Source of the DNA: Gemmatimonadota bacterium
Lineage (GTDB): Bacteria > Gemmatimonadota > Gemmatimonadetes > Palauibacterales > Palauibacteraceae
Reading direction: 5' to 3'
DNA: 64,000 nucleotides
Assembly (NCBI GenBank): GCA_046484665.1
Contig: JAWOIN010000069.1
Coordinates: forward strand, 7,114 to 71,113
Below are positions 17,047 to 27,473 of the stretch, one piece after another. The notes under the pieces are model-generated. The model was not told the origin of the DNA. It worked only from the letters and a program-made list of their open reading frames with translations, and did no database searches. Each line of letters begins with the position of its first letter. The stretch's first letter is position 1. The position numbers were made by a program, and so were the translations under genes.

Positions 17047-17796
17047 ATGGACATCTGGAAGTTCTACGACATCACTCACCGGGAGCACGTGGTGTGCAAT
17101 CCCACGAGCGAGGAGAAGCTCGCGCGCCTGGTGGAGCTCGTGCGGCTCCCGACGGACGCGCGCGCGGTCGACATCGCCTGCGGGAAGGGCGAATTCCTGG
17201 TCCGCCTGACCGAAGCCTACGGTTCACGCGGCGTCGGCGTGGACATCTCTCCGTTCTGCATCGCCGACGCGGAACGCAAGATCGCGGCGCGGGTGCCGCG
17301 GGCGGAAATCGTTCTCACCCGAATGGATGGCGCGGATTTCGAGACCGACGAGGCACACGGCTTCGCGCTGGCTTCGTGCATCGGCGCGAGCTGGATCTTC
17401 GGCGGGCTCGCGGGGACCCTGGACGCACTGATCAGTCTGGTCGAGCCCGGTGGCTTGGTGATCGCGGGGGAGCCGTACTGGTCTCAGGAGCCGCCGGAGG
17501 AGTACCTGCGGGCGTGCGGGCTCACGAGAGATGCCTTCGGGAGCCATGCGGAGAACGTCGAAGCGGGGGAGCGACGGGGACTCGAGCTCGTGCACACGCT
17601 CGTGAGCAGCCAGGACGACTGGGACCGGTACGAGGGTCTCCAGTGGTATGCGACCTCCGAGTACGCCCGCGGGCACCCCGACGACCCGGACCTGCCCGAG
17701 ATCGTCGAGCGCGTCGAGCGCGAGAAGTCGGCCTACCTCCGCTGGGGCCGGGACGTGGTGGGCTGGGCGATCTACGTATTCCGGCGCCGGGACTGA
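17047..17796 (+). CDS. class I SAM-dependent methyltransferase
   Basis: VDIACGKGEFLVRL..GVGVDIS methyltransferase motif I/II. Confidence 0.75.
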   Translation: MDIWKFYDITHREHVVCNPTSEEKLARLVELVRLPTDARAVDIACGKGEFLVRLTEAYGSRGVGVDISPFCIADAERKIAARVPRAEIVLTRMDGADFETDEAHGFALASCIGASWIFGGLAGTLDALISLVEPGGLVIAGEPYWSQEPPEEYLRACGLTRDAFGSHAENVEAGERRGLELVHTLVSSQDDWDRYEGLQWYATSEYARGHPDDPDLPEIVERVEREKSAYLRWGRDVVGWAIYVFRRRD

Positions 17797-17986
17797 CGCG
17801 AACCCGACGTGCCGGGGCCGAGTCTGTTTCGCGGACCTCCATGCGAGCTGCGCAGGCGCCCGGCTTCCGCCTCCCGGGTTCTCCGAGTATGCTGGACCGG
17901 CCGCTCGTCTTCGTGCACGGGGCGGCGATCCGCGTCGGTGCGACCAGCCGCCGCGCGGTCATCATCTCGCCCCGAGCGGAGCGGAA

Positions 17987-18571
17987 ATGGGAGCCTTCGA
18001 ATACGTGATGGTGCTCGTGTCCATCGTGATCGGGCTCGCCATCACCCACCTGCTGAACGCGCTCGCGACCGGGGTGCACCGGATCCGCGGCCACGGGGAG
18101 CCGCTGCGCCTCGAGCCCGTCTATCTCCTCTGGATCGGGTTCGTCCTCATCTGGCTGATCTCGTTCTGGTGGTGGGAGTTCAAGTTCCAGGAGATCGCGT
18201 CGGAGTGGACGTTCGCTCTGTACCTGTTCGTGATCTCGTACGCCGTCGCCCTCTTCCTGCTCGCGGCCGTGCTCGTTCCGAGCCGCCTGGTCGGGGTCGT
18301 CGACTCGTACGCCTACTTCATGGACGGGCGGAAGTGGTTCTTCTGGGGCGTGATCCTCGTCGTCGGGCTGGACACCGTCGACAGTTTCCTGAAGGGAACC
18401 GACTGGGGCCTCCGCCCGATCTACCTCGTCCAGTCCGGGGTCACCCTGGCCGCGGCGATCGCGGGGCTGATCTCGACGCGGCGGAGCGTCCAGCTCGCGG
18501 GAGCGGCCACCGCGTTCAGCGTGCAGATGGCATACATGTTCCGCGAAGTGGGTGTCCTGGGCTCGTGGTAG
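17987..18571 (+). CDS. membrane protein, unknown function (intact copy of duplicated gene)
   Basis: MGAFEYVMVLVSIVIGLAITHLL...; ~85-90% nt-identical paralogue at 27474..28058. Confidence 0.6.
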   Translation: MGAFEYVMVLVSIVIGLAITHLLNALATGVHRIRGHGEPLRLEPVYLLWIGFVLIWLISFWWWEFKFQEIASEWTFALYLFVISYAVALFLLAAVLVPSRLVGVVDSYAYFMDGRKWFFWGVILVVGLDTVDSFLKGTDWGLRPIYLVQSGVTLAAAIAGLISTRRSVQLAGAATAFSVQMAYMFREVGVLGSW

Positions 18572-18620
18572 GCGCGGTCCCACAGGGGTTCGCTCCAGAC
18601 GCGCCAGGAGCCGCGTTGCG

Positions 18621-19136
18621 ATGAGATCTAAGAGCAGGGTCCTGCGGGTCGGAGAGCTGGTCGCCACGCTGGCGGTGGTCCTCTCCGTGATCTTCGTCGG
18701 GATCGAGATCCGCCAGAACAGCGAGGCCCAGATCAGGGCCGCCACCCAGGCCGCGGTCAGCGACTACATCGGCTCGCTGGAGCGGATCACGGACAACGGC
18801 GACGTCGCCTGCCTCTACGTGAAGGGTGTCCAGGACTACCACGCGCTGAGCGGCTCGGAGCGTCTGCGCTTCAGCGCCTTCTACATGTCCTTCTACTACC
18901 AGTTGCAGCAGATGCACCGTCTCGCCGAGGAAGGTTCGATCGACGCCGAGACCTGGTCGGGGTTCGAAGGCCTGCTGCGGGAGACGACGCGGTATCCGGG
19001 GGTCCGGCAGTGGTTCGAGGTGCGGCGTTCCTGGTTCGGCCCGGCCTTTCAGGCTTACATAGACGGGTTGATGCGGGAGAGTCCGCCGCTCGAAGACTAC
19101 CTGTTCGCGGACGTCATGGACCCCGCGTGCTCCTGA
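18621..19136 (+). CDS. hypothetical membrane-anchored protein
   Basis: ATG 18621 in frame; N-terminal TM LVATLAVVLSVIFVGI. Confidence 0.45.
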   Translation: MRSKSRVLRVGELVATLAVVLSVIFVGIEIRQNSEAQIRAATQAAVSDYIGSLERITDNGDVACLYVKGVQDYHALSGSERLRFSAFYMSFYYQLQQMHRLAEEGSIDAETWSGFEGLLRETTRYPGVRQWFEVRRSWFGPAFQAYIDGLMRESPPLEDYLFADVMDPACS

Positions 19137-19208
19137 CCGACCGGCTCCCGGGCGATTCGTGGCAGGCGGTCCGGTTCCCTCTCACTTCATCGAGGCGTGG
19201 AGGACGAC

Positions 19209-19511
19209 ATGTCACATCCCGCGCTGATCCTGCTGGTGCGCGTCCGCTCCTCGCTCCCGCGGGAGGAGGTCCTGCGCGTGATGCGAGAGCGGATGCCGGA
19301 GTTCGCGGCGATCGAAGGCCTCCGGCAGAAGTACTACCTGGAGGATCCAGAGTCGGGCGACTTCGCGGGTCTCTACCTGTGGCGATCGCAGGGGGATCTC
19401 GCCGAGTACAGCGCCTCGGAGCTGCGAGAGAGCATCGCGGAGGCGTACGGCGTGGAGGGAGAGCCGCGCATCGAGGTGTTCCGCGTGGTCGAGGCCCTGC
19501 GAGACGCGTAG
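19209..19511 (+). CDS. small hypothetical protein (possible ABM/YdhR-like alpha-beta barrel)
   Basis: ORF track; weak fold guess only. Confidence 0.35.
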   Translation: MSHPALILLVRVRSSLPREEVLRVMRERMPEFAAIEGLRQKYYLEDPESGDFAGLYLWRSQGDLAEYSASELRESIAEAYGVEGEPRIEVFRVVEALRDA

Positions 19512-19620
19512 CGGTCCGGGCCGCGTGACGGTCCGCTTTGCCGTGCTTCCCTGGGTCGCCAGATTGGACGAGTCAGACCGTCGCGGCCCTCCAGCCGCTC
19601 CCCCTGCCCTGGAGACTCCG

Positions 19621-21618
19621 ATGTCGCTCCGCGCCCGCCGGTCCCTGGTCGTGGCCGTCTGCCTGCTCGCCCCCGTCGCCTGCGACCGTGCCGACGCTCC
19701 CCCCGGGACCGAAGCCGGCTCGGCGCCCGAGCGCCTGGCCGCCGACACTCCCATGGAGACCGTCGAGGGCGCGACCTTCCTCGCGCCCGACGACTGGACC
19801 GTGTCGGTGCGCGGCCCCGCCACGATCCTCGAAGCGCCGGAGGGCGACTCGCGGATCGCGCTCGTCGACGTGCGGGCCCCGGAGGCCGACTCGGCCGTGG
19901 CGCTCGCCTGGGCGGCCTACATGCCCGATCGCCCGTGGCCGCTGAAGGTCTCCACGCCCTCGCCCGACCGGGACGGGTGGACCGACGGACGCAGCTACTC
20001 GTACCAGACCTCGCCCGACGAGAAGCGGGGCGTGGCCGCGTTCGCGCAGCGCGCCGGCGACGTGTGGACGGTCGCGATCTACGACATGAGCGACGCGACG
20101 GGCGGCAAGCGGGCCTCCGCGGTGGCCCTCGTCTTCGACCGGCTGTATCCCGAGGGGTACACGCCGGAGTCGTTCGCCGGGAGGGCGGCCGCGTCCCTCG
20201 ACGACGCGCGGCTCGCGGAGCTCTCCGCGTTCACCGAGACGGCGATGAAGGAGCTCGGCGTCCCGGGCGTCGCCGTCGGGATCGTCCAGGACGGGAGGAT
20301 CGCCTTCGCCGACGGGTTCGGCGTCCGCGAGCTCGGCAGGCTGGAGAAGCCGGACGCGAACACCCTGTTCATGGTCGCCTCGAACACGAAGGCGCTCACC
20401 ACGCTGATGCTGGCCAAGCTCGTCGAGGCGGGGAAGTTCGGGTGGGAGACGCCCGTCACCTCGCTCCTGCCGTCCTTCGCGCTCGGCGACCCGGAGATAA
20501 CCCGGCAGGTGCTCGTGAGGCACCTGATCTGCGCCTGCACCGGGCTCCCGCGGCAGGACCTCGAGTGGCTGTTCGAGTTCGAGGACGCCGACGCCGCGAC
20601 CTCGCTCGCGACCCTCGCCACGATGCAACCCACGAGCGAGTTCGGGGAGATGTTCCAGTACTCGAATCCGATGGCCGCGGCGGCCGGGTACGCGGGCGGA
20701 CACGTGGCCTACCCCGATCTGGAGCTGGGCGCCGCGTACGACGAGGCGATGCGGTCGCTCGTGTTCGAGCCGCTCGGGATGACGTCGACGACGTTCGACT
20801 ACGGGAAGGCGCTCTCAGGGAACCACGCCTCCCCGCACGCGCCGGACATAGATGGCACGCCGGCGGTCGCGGCGATGGAGATCAACTACTCCGTGATCCC
20901 CGTTCGCCCGGCCGGCGCGGCGTGGAGCAACGTCCGCGACATACTGAAGTACGTCGCGATGGAGCTCGCCGAGGGCAAGCTCCCGGACGGTACGGAGTAC
21001 ATCGACCGGGAGACGCTCCTGACCCGGCGCGCGCCGCAGGTCCCGATAGGGAAGGACGCCACGTACGGCATGGGCCTCATGGTGGACACGAAGTACGGGA
21101 CGCCCGTCGTGCACCACGGCGGCGACATGATCGGGTTCCACAGCGACATGATGTGGCTGCCGGAACACGGCGTGGGCGCCGTAATCCTCACGAACGGAGA
21201 CCCGGGCTGGACCCTCCGGGATTCCTTTCGGCGGAAGCTCCTCGAGGTCCTGTTCGAAGGTCGGGACGAGGCCGGCGGCGACGTCGCCTCACAGGCCGGG
21301 AGCTTCTACGCCCGGCTCGCGGCCGAGCGGGCGCTCCTCACGGTCCCTGCTGACCCCGACGCGTCGGCGAAGCTCGCGGAGCACTACGAGAACGAAGCCC
21401 TCGGCGAAATCGAGGTGATTCGGGACGGCGGCCGGACCCTGTTCGACTTCGGCGAGTTCTCGAGCGAGGTCGCATCGCGGGTGAATCCGGATGGCTCGGT
21501 CTCGCTCCTCACGATCGACCCCGGCATCGACGGCTTCGAGTTCGTCGTGGGCGACGGTGCGGAGAAGACGCTCACCATCCGCGATGCGCAGCACGAGTAC
21601 GTGTTCAGCGGGTCGTGA
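19621..21618 (+). CDS. serine hydrolase, beta-lactamase/transpeptidase-fold family with C-terminal extension (secreted)
   Basis: Signal peptide; SxxK motif MVASNTKALT; ~660 aa. Confidence 0.75.
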   Translation: MSLRARRSLVVAVCLLAPVACDRADAPPGTEAGSAPERLAADTPMETVEGATFLAPDDWTVSVRGPATILEAPEGDSRIALVDVRAPEADSAVALAWAAYMPDRPWPLKVSTPSPDRDGWTDGRSYSYQTSPDEKRGVAAFAQRAGDVWTVAIYDMSDATGGKRASAVALVFDRLYPEGYTPESFAGRAAASLDDARLAELSAFTETAMKELGVPGVAVGIVQDGRIAFADGFGVRELGRLEKPDANTLFMVASNTKALTTLMLAKLVEAGKFGWETPVTSLLPSFALGDPEITRQVLVRHLICACTGLPRQDLEWLFEFEDADAATSLATLATMQPTSEFGEMFQYSNPMAAAAGYAGGHVAYPDLELGAAYDEAMRSLVFEPLGMTSTTFDYGKALSGNHASPHAPDIDGTPAVAAMEINYSVIPVRPAGAAWSNVRDILKYVAMELAEGKLPDGTEYIDRETLLTRRAPQVPIGKDATYGMGLMVDTKYGTPVVHHGGDMIGFHSDMMWLPEHGVGAVILTNGDPGWTLRDSFRRKLLEVLFEGRDEAGGDVASQAGSFYARLAAERALLTVPADPDASAKLAEHYENEALGEIEVIRDGGRTLFDFGEFSSEVASRVNPDGSVSLLTIDPGIDGFEFVVGDGAEKTLTIRDAQHEYVFSGS

Positions 21619-21817
21619 GACCAGGAGCGGCGGTCCGGGTTCTCCTGCTCGGGCTCGCCACCGTCGGGCTCGTCGCCGGCGCCGGCGTGTTCGATCTCGC
21701 GCACGCCTATATCGACACGCTGCTGCTCGTACAGATGTATCTTGGCCCTGACGCTTCCGGTGGCGGATAGGGCGGCAGCGAGCACGGGCGGTTCACGGGC
21801 TGAGAACGGGGGGATGA

Positions 21818-22396
21818 ATGCCTAGCATCACGACAGTCGCGCCGGAGAAGGCCAGAGGACTGCGAGGGCTCTTCTTTCGCTGGGTGCGTGGCCAGTACGG
21901 CGGCGTGGTTCCGGGCGTGTTTCAGGTTCTGGCGGTCGATCTCCGAGTCGCCGGCCCCGCGGGTTCCCTGTATCGCCACCTCCACCTCCGCAAGTCGTCG
22001 CCCCTCACCCGACTCCAGCGCGAGATGCTGGCGACGATCGTCAATGGCAAGGTGGGTGGGGCACCGTGACTGGGCCTCCACACGGCGGCCGTGCGTCGCC
22101 TGACCGGAGATGAGCACCTGAGTCACGAGTTCGCGACGACGTGGCCCGAGTACGACCTGGATTCCGGGACGAGAGCGCTGCTCCGCTACGCCAGCAAGCT
22201 GACCGAGACGCCGAGTTTCGTTGACGAGGAGGATGTCGGGCTGCTGCGGAGCGCCGGCTGGAGCGAGAAGGCGATCTGGGAGATCACAGCTCTCGTCGCC
22301 TTCTTCAACTTCAGCGGCCGACTCGAGGCCGCCTCGGGTCTGCCTCCGGACCAGATCCCGGAGGGAGCCGCGTTCGCGGAGGCGCGAGGCTCGTGA
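21818..22396 (+). CDS. carboxymuconolactone decarboxylase (AhpD/CMD)-like protein with in-frame TGA (22067-22069); candidate selenoprotein
   Basis: ..LQREMLATIVNGKVGGAP-TGA-LGLHTAAVRRLTGDEHL..; TGA sits 4 residues before His, the Cys position of AhpD CxxCxxxH; downstream frame continues with CMD-like sequence to 22396. Confidence 0.6.
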
Positions 22397-22413
22397 GAAC
22401 CGCTTGAGGTGCG

Positions 22414-23352
22414 ATGAAAGCCCTGTCTGATGTCACCCGGTCGGTGGGTGGAACGCCCCTGGTGGAGTTGACGCGCATCGTCTCCCGGGGGCACGCCCGG
22501 GTTCTCGTGAAGCTCGAGAGCCACAACCCGACGGGCAGCATGAAGGACCGGATGGCCCTGTCCGTCGTCGATCGCGCCACGGCGTCGGGACGGCTGCCCG
22601 TCTCGGGGACGGTGGTGGAGTACACGGGCGGCAGCACGGGGACGTCCCTCGCGTTCGTGTGCGCGGCGCGGGGATTCGGAATCACGCTCGTGACGTCGGA
22701 CGCGTTCAGCCGGGAGAAGCGCGACCACATGCGCGCGCTGGGGGCCGCGGTGATCGAGATCGCGAGCGAGGACGGCCGGACCACGAAGGCGCTGATCCGG
22801 GGCATGATGGCGAAGGCGGCGGAGCTGAGCGACGCCCCCGGCGCCTTCTTCGCCGACCAGTTCAGCAACCCGGACGCGGCGGTCGGATACGCTCCGCTGG
22901 CCGAGGAGGCCTGGGACCAGGCCGGCGGGAGGATCGACGCCTTCGTGCAGTCCGTCGGCACCGCGCAGTGCCTCTCCGGGATCGCCCGGGTACTCCGGTC
23001 CCGGAACCCGGGGATCGAGATCGTCGCGGTCGAGCCCGCCGAGTCGCCGGTCCTCTCGGGTGGCGCCGCCGGCGCCCACGAGATCGAGGGCGTCGGACCC
23101 GGTTTCATCCCCCCCCTCTGGACCCCGGGTCTCGCCGACGCGGTGCTCGCGGTGTCCACGTCCGAGGCGAAGGCGATGTGCCGGCGACTGGCGCGGGAGG
23201 AGGTGCTGTTCGGCGGGACCTCGACCGGAGCCAACGTCGTGGCCGCGCTCCGGGTGGCGGAGCGCCTCGGGCCCGCCCGGACGGTCGTCACCCTGCTCTG
23301 CGACTCGGGCCTCAAGTACCTGTCGACGGATCTCTACTCGAGTACCTCCTGA
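22414..23352 (+). CDS. cysK: cysteine synthase (PLP-dependent, CysK/CysM family)
   Basis: LESHNPTGSMKDRMALSVV (PLP Lys), GGSTGTSLAFV, GTSTGANVVAA. Confidence 0.85.
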   Translation: MKALSDVTRSVGGTPLVELTRIVSRGHARVLVKLESHNPTGSMKDRMALSVVDRATASGRLPVSGTVVEYTGGSTGTSLAFVCAARGFGITLVTSDAFSREKRDHMRALGAAVIEIASEDGRTTKALIRGMMAKAAELSDAPGAFFADQFSNPDAAVGYAPLAEEAWDQAGGRIDAFVQSVGTAQCLSGIARVLRSRNPGIEIVAVEPAESPVLSGGAAGAHEIEGVGPGFIPPLWTPGLADAVLAVSTSEAKAMCRRLAREEVLFGGTSTGANVVAALRVAERLGPARTVVTLLCDSGLKYLSTDLYSSTS

Positions 23353-23540
23353 GTCCGGGGCGCCACGGTCGGACGGTTCGACTTCGCCCTGGCACCGGAT
23401 GGGGCGTTCTCGGGTGAGCAGCCCGACTCGCGGGGGGAGTTGACGCCGGGAACAGCTCGGAGCGAAGAAGGAGCAGATGAGCGCGCGTGTCGCCAGCCGG
23501 CGCACGTGCCCTGCATACCGAGCAGCAGGAGGACCCGACC

Positions 23541-24203
23541 ATGGCCTCACCGAAGACGCACACCCTCAGCGCAGGCGCGGTTCTGATCGCCGTCGTTCTG
23601 GCGGCCGTGCAGGTCTCCGCCGGAAGGGACTCGGTCGTCGCGCCGACGGCAGGAACGGCGTCGGACGAGCCCGATCTCGAGACCGTACGGGCAGCGACCG
23701 AGCGGTTCCGGGACGTGGACGTCGCCCTCGCGGAGGGTTACATCCGGGATCCGGCCGACATCTGCGACGACGCCACCATGCTCGGGAAGCCCGCGGAGCT
23801 CGGCGCCATGGGCATCCACTACTTCCGGCCGGACCTTCTCGGGATCACCGGGCCACCCGACCCGCGGGTGTCGGGGACCGGGACGTATACGGACTTCCGT
23901 GCGCCCGCCATCCTGATCTACGAGCCGCAGGCGGACGGCAGCCTCGATCTCGTCGCCGTGGAAAACCTCGTGTTCGCCGCGGCCTGGAAGGAGGCGGGCC
24001 ACGAGGACCCGCCCTCGTTCCACGGCGTTCCGTACGACTACATGGTGGACGATCCGTCGACGGAGGTGGACGAGGCGCACATGTTCGAGCCCCACTGGGA
24101 TCGCCACGTGTGGATCTTCCGGGAGAACCCGAACGGGGTGTTCGCGCAGTTCAACCCGGACGTGAGCTGCGAACATCACCAGGGGGGCGCGCACGCCCAC
24201 TGA
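23541..24203 (+). CDS. secreted hypothetical protein
   Basis: Signal peptide MASPKTHTLSAGAVLIAVVLAAVQVSA. Confidence 0.45.
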   Translation: MASPKTHTLSAGAVLIAVVLAAVQVSAGRDSVVAPTAGTASDEPDLETVRAATERFRDVDVALAEGYIRDPADICDDATMLGKPAELGAMGIHYFRPDLLGITGPPDPRVSGTGTYTDFRAPAILIYEPQADGSLDLVAVENLVFAAAWKEAGHEDPPSFHGVPYDYMVDDPSTEVDEAHMFEPHWDRHVWIFRENPNGVFAQFNPDVSCEHHQGGAHAH

Positions 24204-24314
24204 CGACGGGTGGCGAACGGGACCCCCCGGAAACGTCGCGTCCCCGACGCAGGCAGCCGGTGCCTCGGACATGGTCCGTGCCCGCGCGACGGGCGGCCGT
24301 GCGCGGAATCGGGC

Positions 24315-25532
24315 CTACCGGAACAGCGGGAACACCCGGTCGAGAAGGTCGTCCCGAAGCGACGCGAGGATCGCGCCCGCGTCCGGCCGGTCCCGGTCCG
24401 TGCCGCGATCCGTGTTGAGGACCGCGATCGCGGCCGCGCCCGTCGCCGGATCGACGTAGAAGAACGACTGGAACGCCCGCTGGTCGCCGCTGTGCCCGAC
24501 CACGCGCACCGGACCGCGCTCGAGCAGGAAGAACACGAGGCCGATCGCCTCGCGGGTCCCGGCTGCCGGCACCGGTGTCGCCGCGTCCGTCGCGGACGGG
24601 ACCTCGAGCTGCTCCCGCCACATCTCCTCGAGCGACTGGCGCCGGAGCACGACCTCGTACTCCTCCCGCACGGCGGGATCGCCCGCGAGGAACGCAAGGT
24701 ACCTCGCCATGTCGGGGATCGGAGCGTTGAGCCCGCTGTTCGACGCCGTGATTCCGGTGTCGAAGTCGAGCCCGTGCGCGATCCGCTCGCCGTCGCGCAC
24801 GGTGTAGCTGTTCGAGCGGTACGGCAGCAGGTGGACCGGCGTCACGTCGAAGTAGCTGCGGTGCATGCCGAGCGGCTTCAGGATGTTCTTGTCGACGTAG
24901 ACCTCGTAGTCGTCGCCGGTGAGCCGCTCGATGATCCGGCCCAGGAAGATGATGCCGGGATTCGAGTAGGCGTGGCGGCTGCCGGGCTCGAACAGGATCT
25001 CGGTATACGGCAGCATCGCCACGATCTGTGACCAGTTCGTGGGCTCGAACGGCTGCCAGGCCTCGCTCCCGCCCCACGGCCACGTGGCCGCGCGGAACCC
25101 TGCCGAGTGCGCCATCAGGTGCCGGATCGTGACCCCGTCCATCGGGCCGTACGGGTTATGCACGACGCGCAGCTCGGGCAGGTACCTCACCACGGGGTCG
25201 TCCAGCGACAGCAGGCCGCGGTCGCGCAGCTGCATGATTGCGATGCCCGTGAACGTCTTCGTGATCGACGCCCAGTGGAAGATCGTGTTCTCTTCCACGC
25301 GCCGGTCCGCCTCGAGATCCGCGAAGCCGTACAGCTCAGTCGCGAGCGTCTCGTCCCGGAGGAAGAACCACAGGGAGCCGCCCGCCACCCCCTGCTCATC
25401 GAGCGTGCGGTGATAGCGATCGGCGACCTCGTGCCAGGCCGCATCGAAGACGCCCGGCTCCTGGGCATCCGCGGCCTTCGGGACACAGAACGCCAGCGCC
25501 GTTGCCATGGTCACCACGATCCGGGATGCGAC
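24315..25532 (-). CDS. serine hydrolase, beta-lactamase family (class C-like); start uncertain
   Basis: SxxK motif HWASITKTF, YSN motif AYSNPG; N-terminal signal-like segment. Confidence 0.7.
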   Translation of the reverse strand, partial: VASRIVVTMATALAFCVPKAADAQEPGVFDAAWHEVADRYHRTLDEQGVAGGSLWFFLRDETLATELYGFADLEADRRVEENTIFHWASITKTFTGIAIMQLRDRGLLSLDDPVVRYLPELRVVHNPYGPMDGVTIRHLMAHSAGFRAATWPWGGSEAWQPFEPTNWSQIVAMLPYTEILFEPGSRHAYSNPGIIFLGRIIERLTGDDYEVYVDKNILKPLGMHRSYFDVTPVHLLPYRSNSYTVRDGERIAHGLDFDTGITASNSGLNAPIPDMARYLAFLAGDPAVREEYEVVLRRQSLEEMWREQLEVPSATDAATPVPAAGTREAIGLVFFLLERGPVRVVGHSGDQRAFQSFFYVDPATGAAAIAVLNTDRGTDRDRPDAGAILASLRDDLLDRVFPLFR

Positions 25533-25882
25533 GGGACGGCGGCGTTCCTGACGGCAGGGGCTCGGGCGGTCGGTCAAGCGATCCTCCCCGGTCGTGTCGC
25601 CTTCCGGGGCGACGCACGGTCTCAGATCACGCGGACAATTCCATGATACCCGCGACATCGGGTGCCGCGCACGTCTGGTCACGGAGATCCTCGTCCCGAG
25701 CCCACCCGTCTGCGTCGAGGTGCGGGTCCCGACGCAGTCGCCGGGGCGAGGGACCCCGCCCGTGCCCCGACCTGTTATCGTGAGAGTCCGGACGAGAACG
25801 GAATCGCGGGCGTCGATCCGACGCACACGGGGGACGGACTGCCGGGCGACTCGACCGGCGGTCCGGAAAGGAGAGGCTGCAC

Positions 25883-26461
25883 ATGAGCGAGCCCACGATG
25901 GCCACCGAAGGTCACGACGGATCGGGGGGCGGGGAGACGGGACACGGAAGCTACCTGAGGTTCTTCGTGATGATCGCGACGGCGATGATCGCGATGTACC
26001 TGCTGACGTACGTCAACTCCTACCGGATTCTCGACCACGCTCGGTTCAGCGAGACGCGCCTGTTCATGACGCTCGTCATGGGCGCTTCGATGATGGCGAT
26101 CATGCTCGTCTTCATGCTCAAGATGTACCGGAACCGCACGCGCAACGCCGCGATCTTCGTCGGCGCGGGCCTCCTGCTGGCGGTCGGGATCTGGCTCGTG
26201 CGCAGCCAGGCCACGGTGGGCGACGTGGACTACATGGAAGGCATGATCCCGCACCACTCGATCGCGATCCTGACCAGCGAGCGTGCCGGAATCGAGGATC
26301 CGCGCGTTCGCGAGCTCGCCGACGAGATCATCGAGGCGCAGCGCAGGGAGATCCGGGAGATGGACTGGCTGATCGCGGACATCCGGGCGAACGGAGTGGC
26401 CGGCAGCCGGGCGGAGGCAGACGCGAGACCGGTGCCGGACTTCTCCGGCGAGCCGGAATAG
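25883..26461 (+). CDS. DUF305 domain protein (metal-binding four-helix bundle family)
   Basis: MEGMIPHHSIAIL and EIIEAQRREIREMDWL motifs; N-terminal TM. Confidence 0.65.
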   Translation: MSEPTMATEGHDGSGGGETGHGSYLRFFVMIATAMIAMYLLTYVNSYRILDHARFSETRLFMTLVMGASMMAIMLVFMLKMYRNRTRNAAIFVGAGLLLAVGIWLVRSQATVGDVDYMEGMIPHHSIAILTSERAGIEDPRVRELADEIIEAQRREIREMDWLIADIRANGVAGSRAEADARPVPDFSGEPE

Positions 26462-26779
26462 CAGCGCGAGAGTGGCGCCGGCGGAGTGGATGGGGGTGCC
26501 GGTCGTTGACACGAAGAACGAGCCGTGGCGACGCAGGAGTCCGGGCGACCCTGCGGCGGCAACCTTTCCCTGAAGTCCGGAGACGCTTGTGGACCTCGAC
26601 TCCCTCGCAAAGCTCGGCGAGTTCGTGGGCGGCTTCTTCGTCCTCGACTCCCTGGTCTACCTCGCACACCAGGTGCGATAGAACACGAAGTCGCTCCGAA
26701 TCGAGAACTACGCCCGCGTCCTGGAGCGGATGTCGACGCTGCAGTCGCGGCTCGCCATCGGCGAGGCAGGACGACAGGA

Positions 26780-27320
26780 GGGATCCGGATCCGGAACGAG
26801 GCGGACCGCGACGCGGCCATCATCGGCGAGGTGACCGCCGCCGCCTTCGCGCCGCTGGAGATGAGCGACCAGACGGAGCCCTACATCATCGAGGCGCTTC
26901 GCTCCGCCGGGGCCCTGGCCGTGTCGCTCGTCGCAGAGTTCGAGGGCCGCGTCGTCGGGCATATCGCCTTCTCTCGTGACGATCTCCGACGGCACACGGG
27001 ATTGGTACGGACTCGGTCCGGTCTCCGTGCTGCCGGCCTGGCAGCGACAGGGCATCGGCAGGGCGTTGATCCGAGAAGAGCTGTCCCGTCTGGAGGGCCT
27101 GGGCGCCCGGGGCTGCTGTCTCGTCGGACACCCGCAATACTATCGGCAGTTCGGGTTCGAGAACGTCCCCGGGCTCGCCGTCCCGGGCGTGCCGGACGAG
27201 GTGTTCTTCGCGCTCTCGTTCGAGGGCCGCCTCCCGCGGGGCGAGGTCGCGTTCCACGAGGGATTCCGGGCGACGGGCCCGCAGGCGCGCGGAAGGCACG
27301 AGCCCGCGCCGCGTTCCTGA
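26780..27320 (+). pseudogene. GNAT N-acetyltransferase (YhbS-like), frameshifted near 26970-26980 in a CT repeat
   Basis: N-terminal half IRIRNEADRDAAIIGEVTAAAFAPLE..VVGHIAFS in one frame, C-terminal half VTISDGTRDWYGLGPVSVLPAWQRQGIGRALIRE in another. Confidence 0.55.
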
Positions 27321-27473
27321 CTCCCCCGGTTCGTATGCCACAGAGCGCCGGCGCGGGCCCGCATCCGGCTTCCTCGTTTCGCGCCCGCGGGCAATGCTGG
27401 ACCGGCTTCCCGTCTCGGCGCGCGAGGGGCCAGTGCGCCAGGCGGCCGGACCACCGCCCTCACCGGAGCGGAC

